A stretch of 45,335 nt of DNA from an uncultured Gammaproteobacteria bacterium (GCA_964553365.1 CAZKKK010000001.1:1-45335); one strand, 5' to 3'; numbered from the stretch's first letter, positions 1 to 9,525 are shown. Translations and numbers: made by a program. Notes: generated by a model not told the origin, from the sequence alone.

Positions 1-1128
1 CTTATTTTCCAACTTTCCCATTCTGCTTTTTATGTAGGGCTCAGTGCTGCAGCGTCGACTGTCCCCTCTTTATTCTTATCACTTATCGGAGGGGTCATCG
101 TCGACAGATTCCCTAAAAAAAAGATAATCATCCTGACACAGGCAATCGCCATGCTTTTGGCGTTTACCTTGGGAATATTGACCATAATGAATATGATCAC
201 TGTATGGCATATTATATTTTTGGCTTTCTTACTGGGAATCGTAAATGCCGTTGATATCCCAGCCCGGCAAGCATATGTAGCTGAATTGGTTGATGACAAG
301 AAATTGCTTTCCTCGGCGATAGCATTAAATTCAACAATCTACAACTCTGCCCGCGTCGTTGGACCAACTATTGCGGGATTGCTCATTGCAGCCTTTGGTT
401 TAGGTATGGCATTTATCCTGAATGGAGTAAGTTATATCGCGGTGATAGCTGCCTTGTTATTTATAAGAACAAGGACTATTCTCCCTAAAGTGCATCAAAA
501 CCCCTTAAAAGCTATTCGTGAGGGATTGCATTATGCTTTCTCTCATCCAACAATAAAATCCTTGCTTATCTCAACGATGTTCATATCTGTTTTTGGATGG
601 TCTTATTCCACCCTTATGCCAGTGGTCGCAAGTGAGGTCTTTCATCAAAACGCTACCGGACTTGGCTATTTATATGCAGCAACGGGAATTGGGGCGCTCA
701 TCGCCACCATTGTCATCTCTGCATATTCACAGAAAGCAAGCCCCTACCTGTTTATTGTCGGTGGCAATGCTCTTTTTGGGATTGGGCTTATCTTATTCAC
801 CCTTACAAAGAATGTCTACTTTGCCTACTTGTTTCTATTTATCGTTGGACTGGGTTTGGTTGGTATGTTTGCCATGGTCACTACCACAATTCAACATGCA
901 GTGTCAGACCATATGAGAGGGCGCGTGATGAGTATCTATGCTTTATTTTTCATGGGGTTTTCGCCACTCGGAAACTTCGAAATAGGCTACGTTGCGGAAA
1001 AATTCGGCTCTGAAATCGCGATACGCTTAAGCGCTCTGGTCGTCCTCATTTTCGGATTCTATTTTTATAAGAATATAAATAAAGTAAAAAACAACCAGCT
1101 AAAATGGAATGCTGAGAATACTTTATAA
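1..1128 (+). CDS. MFS transporter (5' end lies outside the window)
   Basis: Frame 1 is open from nt 1 (LIFQLSHSAFYVGLS...GGVIVDRFPKKKIIILTQ) and runs into the 151..1128 ORF. The serial hydrophobic helices and the D-R-x-x-K-K cytoplasmic loop are typical of major-facilitator (MFS_3/EntS-like) exporters. Confidence 0.85.
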   Translation, partial: LIFQLSHSAFYVGLSAAASTVPSLFLSLIGGVIVDRFPKKKIIILTQAIAMLLAFTLGILTIMNMITVWHIIFLAFLLGIVNAVDIPARQAYVAELVDDKKLLSSAIALNSTIYNSARVVGPTIAGLLIAAFGLGMAFILNGVSYIAVIAALLFIRTRTILPKVHQNPLKAIREGLHYAFSHPTIKSLLISTMFISVFGWSYSTLMPVVASEVFHQNATGLGYLYAATGIGALIATIVISAYSQKASPYLFIVGGNALFGIGLILFTLTKNVYFAYLFLFIVGLGLVGMFAMVTTTIQHAVSDHMRGRVMSIYALFFMGFSPLGNFEIGYVAEKFGSEIAIRLSALVVLIFGFYFYKNINKVKNNQLKWNAENTL

Positions 1129-1401
1129 TGGAAAGATATAAAAAAACAACTTTGGTTCAAGGCAAAAAACTATGGTTGGGGTTGGTATCCATATACTTGG
1201 CAAGGTTGGCTCGTGTTATTCATATATCTGATTGGAGTGCTCGGGAACTTTCTCCGTCTTGATGAAATCTCTCATTCAAATAGCGACACGATTAACCCAT
1301 TCGTCGTCCAGACTTTCATGATGACGATAATTCTCATTTTTATCTGTTATAAAACAGGTGAAAAACCAGAATGGAGATGGGGAAAGAAAAAAATTACTTA
1401 G
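1128..1401 (+). CDS. Small membrane protein (KNYGWGWYPYTWQGW motif). The reading frame is offset at an A7 run
   Basis: An ATG at 1128 overlaps the MFS stop (TAATG) but reads only about 44 codons in frame 3. The long ORF (frame 1, open 1129..1401) has no ATG before a GTG at 1213, yet it already encodes WFKAKNYGWGWYPYTWQGW upstream of that GTG. Removing one A from the A7 run at 1140-1146 joins MERYKK to QLWFKAKNYGWGW... Confidence 0.45.
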
Positions 1402-1759
1402 TCAGCTTATTGATACTAATCATGAGGTCCCGCAAGGATATATTGGATTTAACGATGTATTCATTTACCCCTAATCGCATCGCGGTCTCTCTGTCTTGAG
1501 GCTGGTCGAGGTTGCTCAGCACGATAAGAGGAATTTCCGATTTAAGTTTGATGCGTATCTCTTCGATTACTTCAAATCCGCTTTTCCTGGGAATGATAAG
1601 GTCAACTATTGCGAGTGATGGTTTTTCACTTTTGAATAATCGAATGGCTTCTTCCCCATCTACCGCAAGTATAGCTTTAAATCCACTGCTATTTAGTTTG
1701 TTTTCAAGCATCTTACGAATGCTTTGATCATCTTCAATGATGAGGATTTTTTTTATCAT
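1394..1759 (-). CDS. Stand-alone response-regulator receiver domain (CheY-like)
   Basis: MIKKILIIEDDQ..., phospho-acceptor context LAIVDLIIP, conserved K in YIVKS, and no output domain. I moved the start to ATG 1759, because the track start at 1777 is a TTG. Confidence 0.85.
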   Translation of the reverse strand: MIKKILIIEDDQSIRKMLENKLNSSGFKAILAVDGEEAIRLFKSEKPSLAIVDLIIPRKSGFEVIEEIRIKLKSEIPLIVLSNLDQPQDRETAMRLGVNEYIVKSNISLRDLMISINKLTK

Positions 1760-3152
1760 ATGATGTACTTGACCCAAATGCCCGAGGAACTATCGCTGAG
1801 ATAAAATATACCATAATGCAGACCCAATAAGCATTAATGACAAGGACCCAGGTGATTCCATAGCGGAAATAGTGGATGATAACGGAAGAAACACCCGCCA
1901 GTATGAAGAAAAGTTGAGGGAGAACGAGAATAATATTTGCTTTCGGTACCAATCCTTTTGGGGTGACTTTATAAACTGGCTTTTTATATAAGAGCGCCTT
2001 AAAGAAGGAAACGAAATAGACAGGAAAGAGGGATGCCCACATCCGCATGGAGTCCACCCCTTTCGAAAGAGTGCCAAACATGAGGAGGGACATATAAAAC
2101 GATGGGGCGCGCAATAAAATATACCATTCCTTTCCTAAGGTGATGATGGGATCATTCGCAAGCAGCGAATAGATATTCATGAGATAAATCATGGGGAAAA
2201 ATATCCCGCTTACGATGTAAGAATATCCTATTTCAAAATATTGAAGGCGCTGTGGAAACGTAAGACCTACGTGAAAGAGAGGGTTTTTGTAAATGAGAAG
2301 TCGTAGTGTATCTTGAGCCCATATACCACGTTGCTTGTATATTGCGGAGATATCAGTAGGCGCGTCGCCATAACTGAAGCTCTGGGAAACATAAATAGAT
2401 TTATATCCCTTACTATTGATGACGTAAGACGTATACAGATCTTCCACAATATTCCATTCTTGAAATCCCCCCACGGCCTCAAGGGCAGATCTCCGATAGA
2501 TAACCCCCGATCCACAACTTATACCCACTCCGGAGGAATTTTTACCTGTTTGCATGTACTCGTAAAAGAGATTCTCATGATTGAAATCCTTTTCATCCAC
2601 ATTAAAGCCCGGCCGCGTTGACACAAATCCTACCTTGTCATCGTTAAAGAAACCCAACAACTCATCCAATATCGTGGGGTTGGCCACCATATCAGCATCA
2701 AGCGTGAGAATGAACATACCATACGAGTTCCGCAATCCATAATTCATATTCGCTGCCTTATAGGTGAGGATGTCCCTGTTGAATCGAGACATGTATGTAC
2801 AGCTATATTTTTTTGCAATGCTCTCTATTTCCTTTCTTCCTCCATCGTCGAGAACATAAATACGTTTATTTGGGTAATAAATCGCATTGGCTGCCTTCAC
2901 CGTTTTTTCAAACAAGGAAGCATCCTCATTTTTTATCGTAAGGAATATATCTACAATTGGCCTAAGCGAATGTGGTCCTCCGCTGAGCGCATAGGTTCGT
3001 TTCCTGTTGTTGAGTATAAACAAGAACGTCAGTAATGACACACCCCATTCTAAGAAGACGAAAAGAGGATTGGTGTGGGTAAATAACAACCACACCAGAT
3101 AAAGCAAATTGAGGATTAATGCCCATGTAGCCAATTTGGGGAATGGATTCAT
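1734..3152 (-). CDS. Membrane-embedded family-2 glycosyltransferase, processive synthase-like
   Basis: N-terminal TM helices come first. The GT-A motifs are VLDDGG, LTLDADM and GSGVIYRR, plus a Q-x-x-R-W-like KQRGIWAQD motif. Several C-terminal TM helices follow. This is the architecture of cellulose/chitin/PNAG-type synthases. Confidence 0.8.
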   Translation of the reverse strand: MNPFPKLATWALILNLLYLVWLLFTHTNPLFVFLEWGVSLLTFLFILNNRKRTYALSGGPHSLRPIVDIFLTIKNEDASLFEKTVKAANAIYYPNKRIYVLDDGGRKEIESIAKKYSCTYMSRFNRDILTYKAANMNYGLRNSYGMFILTLDADMVANPTILDELLGFFNDDKVGFVSTRPGFNVDEKDFNHENLFYEYMQTGKNSSGVGISCGSGVIYRRSALEAVGGFQEWNIVEDLYTSYVINSKGYKSIYVSQSFSYGDAPTDISAIYKQRGIWAQDTLRLLIYKNPLFHVGLTFPQRLQYFEIGYSYIVSGIFFPMIYLMNIYSLLANDPIITLGKEWYILLRAPSFYMSLLMFGTLSKGVDSMRMWASLFPVYFVSFFKALLYKKPVYKVTPKGLVPKANIILVLPQLFFILAGVSSVIIHYFRYGITWVLVINAYWVCIMVYFISAIVPRAFGSSTSYDKKNPHH

Positions 3153-3505
3153 AGGAAATAGCCCGCTATTTTTTTCATCAATTCTTCTAAGGTTATGTCT
3201 GTCTTAACAACAAAATCACGCAAATCCGATGGATATACTGCTACAGATTGATTCGTAAGGATTATAACCGGCGTGTCGAGATGGAGATTGTTTTTCAGCT
3301 CATAAAAAAAAGTCTGTCCATCCATTTCCGGCATTCGCAAATCAAGGAGAATGAGGTTTACCTTGTCTCCTTGCATTTTCATTATATTCAATGCATTCTT
3401 TCCATCAACCGCCTCAGTTACCGTATAGCCCTCTGACTCCAGTTTCTTTCTGATCAAATCTCTATAAATGGTATCGTCATCCACAATGAGAATGTGTTTG
3501 CTCAT
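3149..3505 (-). CDS. Stand-alone response-regulator receiver domain (CheY-like)
   Basis: HILIVDDD, LILLDLRMPEMDG and VVKT. It is 118 aa with no output domain. Its stop overlaps the GT2 start by 4 nt. Confidence 0.85.
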   Translation of the reverse strand: MSKHILIVDDDTIYRDLIRKKLESEGYTVTEAVDGKNALNIMKMQGDKVNLILLDLRMPEMDGQTFFYELKNNLHLDTPVIILTNQSVAVYPSDLRDFVVKTDITLEELMKKIAGYFL

Positions 3506-3524
3506 AAGATTAAATATGAAATAT

Positions 3525-4613
3525 TTATAATGGAAACGTACAGACCATTTCAGTTCCCTTGTTCAAAACACTTTTTATTTTAATGGATCCAAGTAATTTG
3601 TGAATATATGTATTCACAATGTACATCCCTAACCCCGTTCCAGGAACGCTTATTGTATTACTACCCCGATAAAATTTCTCAAATACATGAGGTAAATCTT
3701 TATGTGTTATACCGATACCCATATCCTTAATGCTAAAGCTCCAATGGGACTTTGTTTTTCCAATTCGGATGCTTATATGTCCTTTCTTTTTCGAGTATTT
3801 TATCGCATTATCAAGCAGGTTTGAAATGATCTCCCTAACTAAAATGGGGTCGGTTGTTATGACCATCTTTTTATATGGGTTTTGCACATCTAGAGTAACT
3901 GACACGTTATCAAGTTTAATTTGAAAATGCGATTTTATGGTATTTAAAATCCCATCTAGGTTTGTTGGCTCCATGATTACCTTGAGTCGATTATCTCCAA
4001 TTCGGAGCACAATAAGAAGCCTATTAACCAAGTCGATCATATACTCATTTTGAACTGCGAGACTTGATATCTCTCTTTTAAGTTTTGGATTGTTTCCTGA
4101 TAGCAGCTCCAAATTCCATTTCATAGAGCCAAGTGGCGTCCGTAACTGGTGGGAGGCGAAAGAGATAAATTCTTCTTTATCCTTTTGTAATTTTTTTTCC
4201 AAAGTGATATCTTCTTCAGTTCCTACAAACCCAATTACTTTTTTCTCTTTTTGGATGGGAGAAATCGTAAGACGTGCCATATATGTGTCTCCATTTTTCC
4301 GATGGTTTTGGATTTCGCCCACATAAATATTCCCCTTATTAATTGTCTCCCAAAGTCGATCATAATAGAGATTACCCATCATTTTGCCCCATAATCCAAC
4401 TTTTTTTCCTAATACTTCCTCGCGTGAATATCCAGTTATTCTCTCTGTCGCTGGATTTGCATACTGGACTATGCCGCGATTATCAGTAATCACGACGCTA
4501 TTATATACGCTTTCGATAGCTAATATATACGTTTCCTCTGTGAGGAAAGCTACCGAAGAAGGGTGTGCATGTGAGTACAGTTTACTCAATATTTTTTGAA
4601 AGTCGTTATCCAT
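3525..4613 (-). CDS. Cytoplasmic PAS-domain sensor histidine kinase
   Basis: The N-terminal half is PAS-like (VITDNRGIVQYANPATERITGYSREEVLGK). It has H-box SHQLRTPL, N-box LLDNAIKYS and G-boxes DMGIGI and GTGLGMYIV. There is no TM segment. Confidence 0.88.
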   Translation of the reverse strand: MDNDFQKILSKLYSHAHPSSVAFLTEETYILAIESVYNSVVITDNRGIVQYANPATERITGYSREEVLGKKVGLWGKMMGNLYYDRLWETINKGNIYVGEIQNHRKNGDTYMARLTISPIQKEKKVIGFVGTEEDITLEKKLQKDKEEFISFASHQLRTPLGSMKWNLELLSGNNPKLKREISSLAVQNEYMIDLVNRLLIVLRIGDNRLKVIMEPTNLDGILNTIKSHFQIKLDNVSVTLDVQNPYKKMVITTDPILVREIISNLLDNAIKYSKKKGHISIRIGKTKSHWSFSIKDMGIGITHKDLPHVFEKFYRGSNTISVPGTGLGMYIVNTYIHKLLGSIKIKSVLNKGTEMVCTFPL

Positions 4614-4664
4614 AGTACCCTTTCAGGATACTTTATTTACTCCTGAGAGTCAATCTATGACTAA

Positions 4665-5102
4665 TTATATCTGAGTTCTTATCTTTTCAATTGCCTGCAT
4701 AAAACCAATTGTTGTACCTGAGGCGCCTGCAACGCGGGAAACATTGATATCCTTAATATTTTTTCCTATCACGAGTGGTTGTATAGCGCCATCAAAAGCA
4801 TCATGATATTGTATAGATTTCTTTAAATTGGATGTATGACTTATCTCTAGAGTAGTTACTATATTGTTTTTTAATATCAGCGTGACAATAATATCTTCAT
4901 TTGATTGCTTTACTGGATAACGTACTGTTTCTGTAAAACTCCTCAATGCGGAGGTGATAGTAGTTGTGGGAATTGGTGAGATGGAAATAATGGGAGTTAT
5001 TTGAGTTGATGGTGGAAGTATTCGGACATCAAAGATATAAAGAATGACACTCACTCCAAAAACCAGCCCCAACATCAGTAGACTGTTTTTCTTTATATTC
5101 AT
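4665..5102 (-). CDS. Membrane-anchored extracytoplasmic protein, possibly FMN-binding-domain-like
   Basis: It has an N-terminal TM anchor (LLMLGLVFGVSVILYIF). The C-terminal VSRVAGASGTTIGF resembles the S-G-A-T-x-T flavinylation motif of FMN_bind domains. It has a 4-nt overlap with the upstream ferric-reductase-like gene. Confidence 0.5.
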   Translation of the reverse strand: MNIKKNSLLMLGLVFGVSVILYIFDVRILPPSTQITPIISISPIPTTTITSALRSFTETVRYPVKQSNEDIIVTLILKNNIVTTLEISHTSNLKKSIQYHDAFDGAIQPLVIGKNIKDINVSRVAGASGTTIGFMQAIEKIRTQI

Positions 5103-5725
5103 TTTGATAAAGGTGTAAAATTCATTTTATTTCTATTATTTAGCATTTTGCTTACTCTCCAGACCACAATACCTGCATATGTCGCCATAAGTACAAACCA
5201 ATATATTTTTATAAGTATAAAAGTTCTTAAAAAGCTCCCTATTTCAAGTGGATGAATGAAAACGAAGAACATCATGGGATAGGATAGATAATGGATATTT
5301 AGCCATTTTTTATACGATAGGTTATTACGGAGAAAGGTACTGGTAAGCCAAACGAGGAGTGTTAATAAGATCGCAATCCTGCCATAGGTAATATGGGATG
5401 CTATTGAGGAAGATGCATCCGGTAAAAAAAGAAAGGAAATCTTTTCCGCATATGAAAACATTTCTAAAATCGGATGGACCAATACGAAGAACATACCCCA
5501 TACACCGAGAATGATATGGAGCTTCATAAAAATAGCTGGAGTCGGGGATATTTTATTTGCTATTTCTTTGATGCCAAGAATAAACTCCCAAAGAAGAAGA
5601 GTGGCTCCGATAAGTCCAGCGATATTCGCGAATGCATAGGTAAAATTACCAACAACCTGCATTTGTGTAAACAGATACAGAAAAGGGAGCACAGAAATGA
5701 CAATGATAGAGATTATTCCACCCAT
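5099..5725 (-). CDS. Ferric-reductase-like (MsrQ/YedZ-type) transmembrane haem protein
   Basis: It has six hydrophobic helices. Paired His residues sit in helices (LHIILGVWGMFFVLVHPIL and NIHYLSYPMMFFVFIHPL), as in bis-haem Ferric_reduct family proteins. Confidence 0.6.
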   Translation of the reverse strand: MGGIISIIVISVLPFLYLFTQMQVVGNFTYAFANIAGLIGATLLLWEFILGIKEIANKISPTPAIFMKLHIILGVWGMFFVLVHPILEMFSYAEKISFLFLPDASSSIASHITYGRIAILLTLLVWLTSTFLRNNLSYKKWLNIHYLSYPMMFFVFIHPLEIGSFLRTFILIKIYWFVLMATYAGIVVWRVSKMLNNRNKMNFTPLSK

Positions 5726-5742
5726 AATTCTATGATATCAAA

Positions 5743-6186
5743 TTAACGAGCAGACCCGCTTGCATTGCCTGCGTTACCGCTCATTCGAAACTGAGGATCA
5801 AGCTGAACGTTTTGTGCAGTTACACTACCGTCAGGATTACTTGTCCCAAAAATACCGACCTTCTCCCCTACTTTTAACTCTGATTTTTCGACAGTTGCTG
5901 TCTTATTAAAAATAGTCTTGTCACTGAGTAGGATAATTTTCGAACTTCCGTCAACTAATTTTACGGTAAGAGATGTAGAATCTATACTCAAAATCTCTCC
6001 TGAAACGGGTTGACCATTCCCCATTCTTCTCACTCCAGCTATTCCTGTTTGACCGTTTCTTCCTGTCCCCTGGCCCATTGTAAAATTTCGACCTGCGGGA
6101 ACCTGACTTTTCTGATACTGCATTCCTCCATAAAATGCTAACCCTCCTGCCACAACCGTTATTACTAGTACGATGATTGGTTTCAT
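5743..6186 (-). CDS. Secreted/anchored beta-rich protein (DUF5666-like from memory, unverified)
   Basis: An N-terminal TM/signal segment and a Gly-rich linker precede SGEILSIDSTSLTVKLVDGSSKIILLSDKTIFNK...VGEKVGIFGTSNPDGSVTAQNVQL. Confidence 0.55.
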   Translation of the reverse strand: MKPIIVLVITVVAGGLAFYGGMQYQKSQVPAGRNFTMGQGTGRNGQTGIAGVRRMGNGQPVSGEILSIDSTSLTVKLVDGSSKIILLSDKTIFNKTATVEKSELKVGEKVGIFGTSNPDGSVTAQNVQLDPQFRMSGNAGNASGSAR

Positions 6187-6228
6187 AAAAATATAAATAA
6201 ATTGATAATGATATTACCGATCAATGTA

Positions 6229-7452
6229 TTATTCGTATCTCAACGCCTCAATTGGTTGCAATTTTGCCGCTTTTTGAGCGGGATACCATCCGAATACTAC
6301 TCCGATGACCCCCGAAACACCCATTGCGAGGAATATCGCAGGCCATGAAATGGTGAATGGCAAACCCATTGTGTTTGAAAGTACAAATGAAATGAGAATG
6401 CCAAGTACCATTCCTATAATTCCTCCCGTGATTGTGAGAATAATCGCCTCAAAAAGAAATTGGAGAATAACTGTTTTTTGTTTTGCACCAAGCGCTTTTC
6501 GCAGCCCTATTTCGCGCGTACGTTCTGTCACTGTCACTAACATGATATTCATTATGCCTATGCCACCGACAAGAAGTGAGATTGCGGCAATTCCGCTTAG
6601 CAACGTCGTAAATGTCCCCGTCACTTGCGATGCTGTATTCATGATATCCGCTTGAGACATTATTGAAAAGTCTGCTTGTGTTGGATCATTTAATTTGTGT
6701 CTCGCTAATAGGAGATATCCTATTTCATTCTGTGCTTGTGTCATTACATCTTGTGATTTTGCTTCTATTGAAATCGAGCTTAAATAGGAAACGCCAAAAA
6801 GCTGCTTTTGGGCCGTGCTGAGTGGCACATATATCATGTCGTCTTGATTGTTGAATCCACTTCCCCCTTTTGCTACCGTGACTCCTACCACCTTTAATGA
6901 TTGTGTCCCTGTACGAATCATCCTCCCAATGGGGTTTACTCCGTCCCCGAATAGGTCGGTTGCAACTTGCGGACCGATAACGGCAACCTTGCTCATTGTT
7001 TCCACATCCCTCAAAGTAATAAATACTCCTGAGGAAAGAGTTACTTTGCGAATTTCTGCATAGGACGGATATACTCCGTATATCTGTGTGTTTGTGTTAT
7101 TTCTTCCTACAATTACTTGTGCTCTCCTTGAAAGCTCAGGGGAAATAGTCTTAACGTTGGTGATCTTAGGGGATGACTGTATAGCTAATGCATCTTCCAG
7201 TGTGAGCGTTTGACCCCCCCCTTGCGCCCCTCGAACAGCTCCGTTTGACTGCCCTCCAGGTTGGACGGTGAGCAGATTGGATCCAAGAGATTGGATCTGA
7301 TTCTCTACCATCTTTTGGCTTGCTTCTCCCAAAGAAATGAGCGCAATGACACTTCCGATACCGATGACTATTCCTAAGATAGCAAGACCCGTCCGCATTT
7401 TATTAACGGTAAGAGTACTGAAACATTCCAATAATAATTCTCCTATATCCAT
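6229..7452 (-). CDS. ABC transporter permease, MacB/FtsX type
   Basis: It has an N-terminal TM, a large periplasmic domain and a C-terminal FtsX bundle (GIMNIMLVTVTERTREIGLRKALGA). I moved the start to ATG 7452 (MDIGELL), which clears the upstream stop at 7466. Confidence 0.88.
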   Translation of the reverse strand: MDIGELLLECFSTLTVNKMRTGLAILGIVIGIGSVIALISLGEASQKMVENQIQSLGSNLLTVQPGGQSNGAVRGAQGGGQTLTLEDALAIQSSPKITNVKTISPELSRRAQVIVGRNNTNTQIYGVYPSYAEIRKVTLSSGVFITLRDVETMSKVAVIGPQVATDLFGDGVNPIGRMIRTGTQSLKVVGVTVAKGGSGFNNQDDMIYVPLSTAQKQLFGVSYLSSISIEAKSQDVMTQAQNEIGYLLLARHKLNDPTQADFSIMSQADIMNTASQVTGTFTTLLSGIAAISLLVGGIGIMNIMLVTVTERTREIGLRKALGAKQKTVILQFLFEAIILTITGGIIGMVLGILISFVLSNTMGLPFTISWPAIFLAMGVSGVIGVVFGWYPAQKAAKLQPIEALRYE

Positions 7453-7465
7453 ATATATTAATATT

Positions 7466-8161
7466 TCAACTAGTCTTCTTTCTTTTTTTATTAATCTCAT
7501 CCTTAATCAAAACTCCATCCCTGACATGAATAATCCTACCAGCGTGTGCCGCAATATCAGATTCATGAGTGATCATGATGATGGTGTGTCCCTCTTCATT
7601 TAGCTTTTGGAAAAGTGTCATGACTTCGTCCGCTTGGGCTGATGCGATATTTCCCGTTGGTTCATCCGCAAGGAGAATTGCAGGATTCATGACTAACCCT
7701 CGTGCAATTGCGACTCGTTGTTGTTGTCCTCCAGATAATTGATTTGATGTGTGGTACATTCGGTCAGCAAGCCCTACCATTTTTAGATATTTTTGCGCTT
7801 TCTCAAGTCGCTCTTCTTTAGGGGTTCCTGCATACATCATGGGGAGCATGACATTTTTCAGTGCGGTCGTTCGAGGGAGGAGATTGAATGCCTGGAAGAT
7901 AAAGCCAATTTTGCGATTACGTATATCAGCTAATTCATCCTCTCCAAGTTTTGAAACTGATTCGCCATCCAAAATATATTCCCCGCTCGTTGCTAAATCA
8001 AGAGCTCCCAATATATGCATGAGTGTTGACTTTCCGCTTCCCGATGGGCCCATGATGGCGACGAATTCCCCTTTTTTTACTTCGAAGGATACATGCGACA
8101 ATGCAATCGTCTCAATCATTTCAGTGGTATATATTTTAGATACATCTTTCAATTGGATCAT
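7466..8161 (-). CDS. ABC transporter ATP-binding protein (MacB/LolD-like)
   Basis: Walker A GPSGSGKST, signature LSGGQQQRVAIARGL, Walker B ILLADEPTGN and H-loop ITHE. Confidence 0.93.
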   Translation of the reverse strand: MIQLKDVSKIYTTEMIETIALSHVSFEVKKGEFVAIMGPSGSGKSTLMHILGALDLATSGEYILDGESVSKLGEDELADIRNRKIGFIFQAFNLLPRTTALKNVMLPMMYAGTPKEERLEKAQKYLKMVGLADRMYHTSNQLSGGQQQRVAIARGLVMNPAILLADEPTGNIASAQADEVMTLFQKLNEEGHTIIMITHESDIAAHAGRIIHVRDGVLIKDEINKKRKKTS

Positions 8162-8167
8162 AGTGAG

Positions 8168-9481
8168 TTATCTTCCCAACCTTAATGCTGCTCCGCTTCC
8201 CGCCCGTGCACCACCAAAAGAACTGAAGGGGGATGTGGAGTTGGATGTGCTCGCTGTCGAAGTAGTTATTGTGGCAGTTATCACAGTATCTCCCTCAGAT
8301 AACCCTGCAACTATTTCAGTTTGAGTATCTGACGAAAGCCCCACCTCAACCGTGACATCAGTAATTTTTCTGTTCTTCATGACTTGGACATAGCTTATTC
8401 CATCGGTATTTTGTTGGATACTGCTTGTCGGGACCATCAAAGCTTCGTTTTTCGTTGCGGTTATTATGTTCGCAGACACAGACATATTAGGTAAAATCGT
8501 TGTTGTATCCGTATCGAACTTTATGACAGTTGGATAAGTGGAGACTCCTGACGTAACCGAGCCGACCTTATCGATACTTACCACTTTCCCTGTAAAGGTC
8601 TTGTCTGGATAAGCATCCAAGGTGATGGTTGCTTTATCCCCAATCGTCACTTTCGGGACATCGATTTCCGTCAAGCTTATCGAAACAATCGGTGTCGCAT
8701 CTGTTTTTACGTTGGCAATTTTTGTATTACTTACATTACTGTTCTGAGAGGACGCATTTGATGTTATGACCGATCCTTCCTGAAGTGCGAGGCCAGAGAC
8801 TGTCCCTGAAATAGGAGCATATACAGTTGATGAGGCCTTTTGATATGCAGACCACGCAGAGCTCAAAGCTGTTTGGGATTGGTACACGACATTCTGTTGA
8901 ATTTTATATTTTGCCTCCGCCGCAAGCCAATTATCGTTTGCAATGTGAAATTCCGGAAGAGATCTATTGATGTTGTTTGGACTTCCGTTTTCATATTGAT
9001 ACGTCCCATTCTGTGCGATTTTCATGAAAGCGTCCCAATTAGTGAACATCGTGGACTGCATAGAATACATGTTTGCTTGTGCACTATCGGCATTGTTCTT
9101 CGCGCTTTGGTAGCTTGAAAGTGCTTGCGTCTCAGTTTGCTTTCCATCGAGATCAAGATCTATCTCCATGATCTTGTCCCCGCTTTTTACCTTATCTCCA
9201 TCTTTCACGTATAATTTTGAGACAACCCCGGTAGCTTGAGTGGTGATATTGGTGTTGTTCGCTGAAGATACCGTTCCCGAACCGGTGACGGTAACCACCA
9301 ATGTTCCTTTTTCGACTGTTCCCGTTTGGTAAGTGGTAGTAGATTTTTTAGTGCCGAATAAAGAATAACCAATCCCTCCTCCAATTCCCAGAACAACTAA
9401 TACTAAAATTATCTTGACGAATAATGTTTTTTTGTTAAACCAATTCTTTCCTTTATTAATTCCTCTTCTAACTTTATCCAT
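8168..9481 (-). CDS. Periplasmic adaptor / membrane-fusion protein (HlyD/MacA family)
   Basis: An N-terminal TM anchor is followed by a lipoyl-like VKDGDKVKSGDKIMEID, a coiled-coil stretch and a beta-barrel region (GKVVSIDKV). It sits directly upstream of the MacB-like ATPase and permease. The track start at 9490 is a TTG, so I used ATG 9481. Confidence 0.82.
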   Translation of the reverse strand: MDKVRRGINKGKNWFNKKTLFVKIILVLVVLGIGGGIGYSLFGTKKSTTTYQTGTVEKGTLVVTVTGSGTVSSANNTNITTQATGVVSKLYVKDGDKVKSGDKIMEIDLDLDGKQTETQALSSYQSAKNNADSAQANMYSMQSTMFTNWDAFMKIAQNGTYQYENGSPNNINRSLPEFHIANDNWLAAEAKYKIQQNVVYQSQTALSSAWSAYQKASSTVYAPISGTVSGLALQEGSVITSNASSQNSNVSNTKIANVKTDATPIVSISLTEIDVPKVTIGDKATITLDAYPDKTFTGKVVSIDKVGSVTSGVSTYPTVIKFDTDTTTILPNMSVSANIITATKNEALMVPTSSIQQNTDGISYVQVMKNRKITDVTVEVGLSSDTQTEIVAGLSEGDTVITATITTSTASTSNSTSPFSSFGGARAGSGAALRLGR

Positions 9482-9525
9482 ATGCCCCAAATACTAACTG
9501 TTAATTCTGAACATCCGCTTAATGA

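Noticed and set aside
593-916. A 107-aa alternative-frame ORF inside the MFS gene.
   Set aside because: It is an out-of-frame overlap within a clearly coding MFS frame.
7749-8324. A 191-aa plus-strand ORF spanning the ABC ATPase/MFP junction.
   Set aside because: It is antisense to two strongly supported genes and is rich in Ser/Pro/Arg, which is typical of shadow frames.
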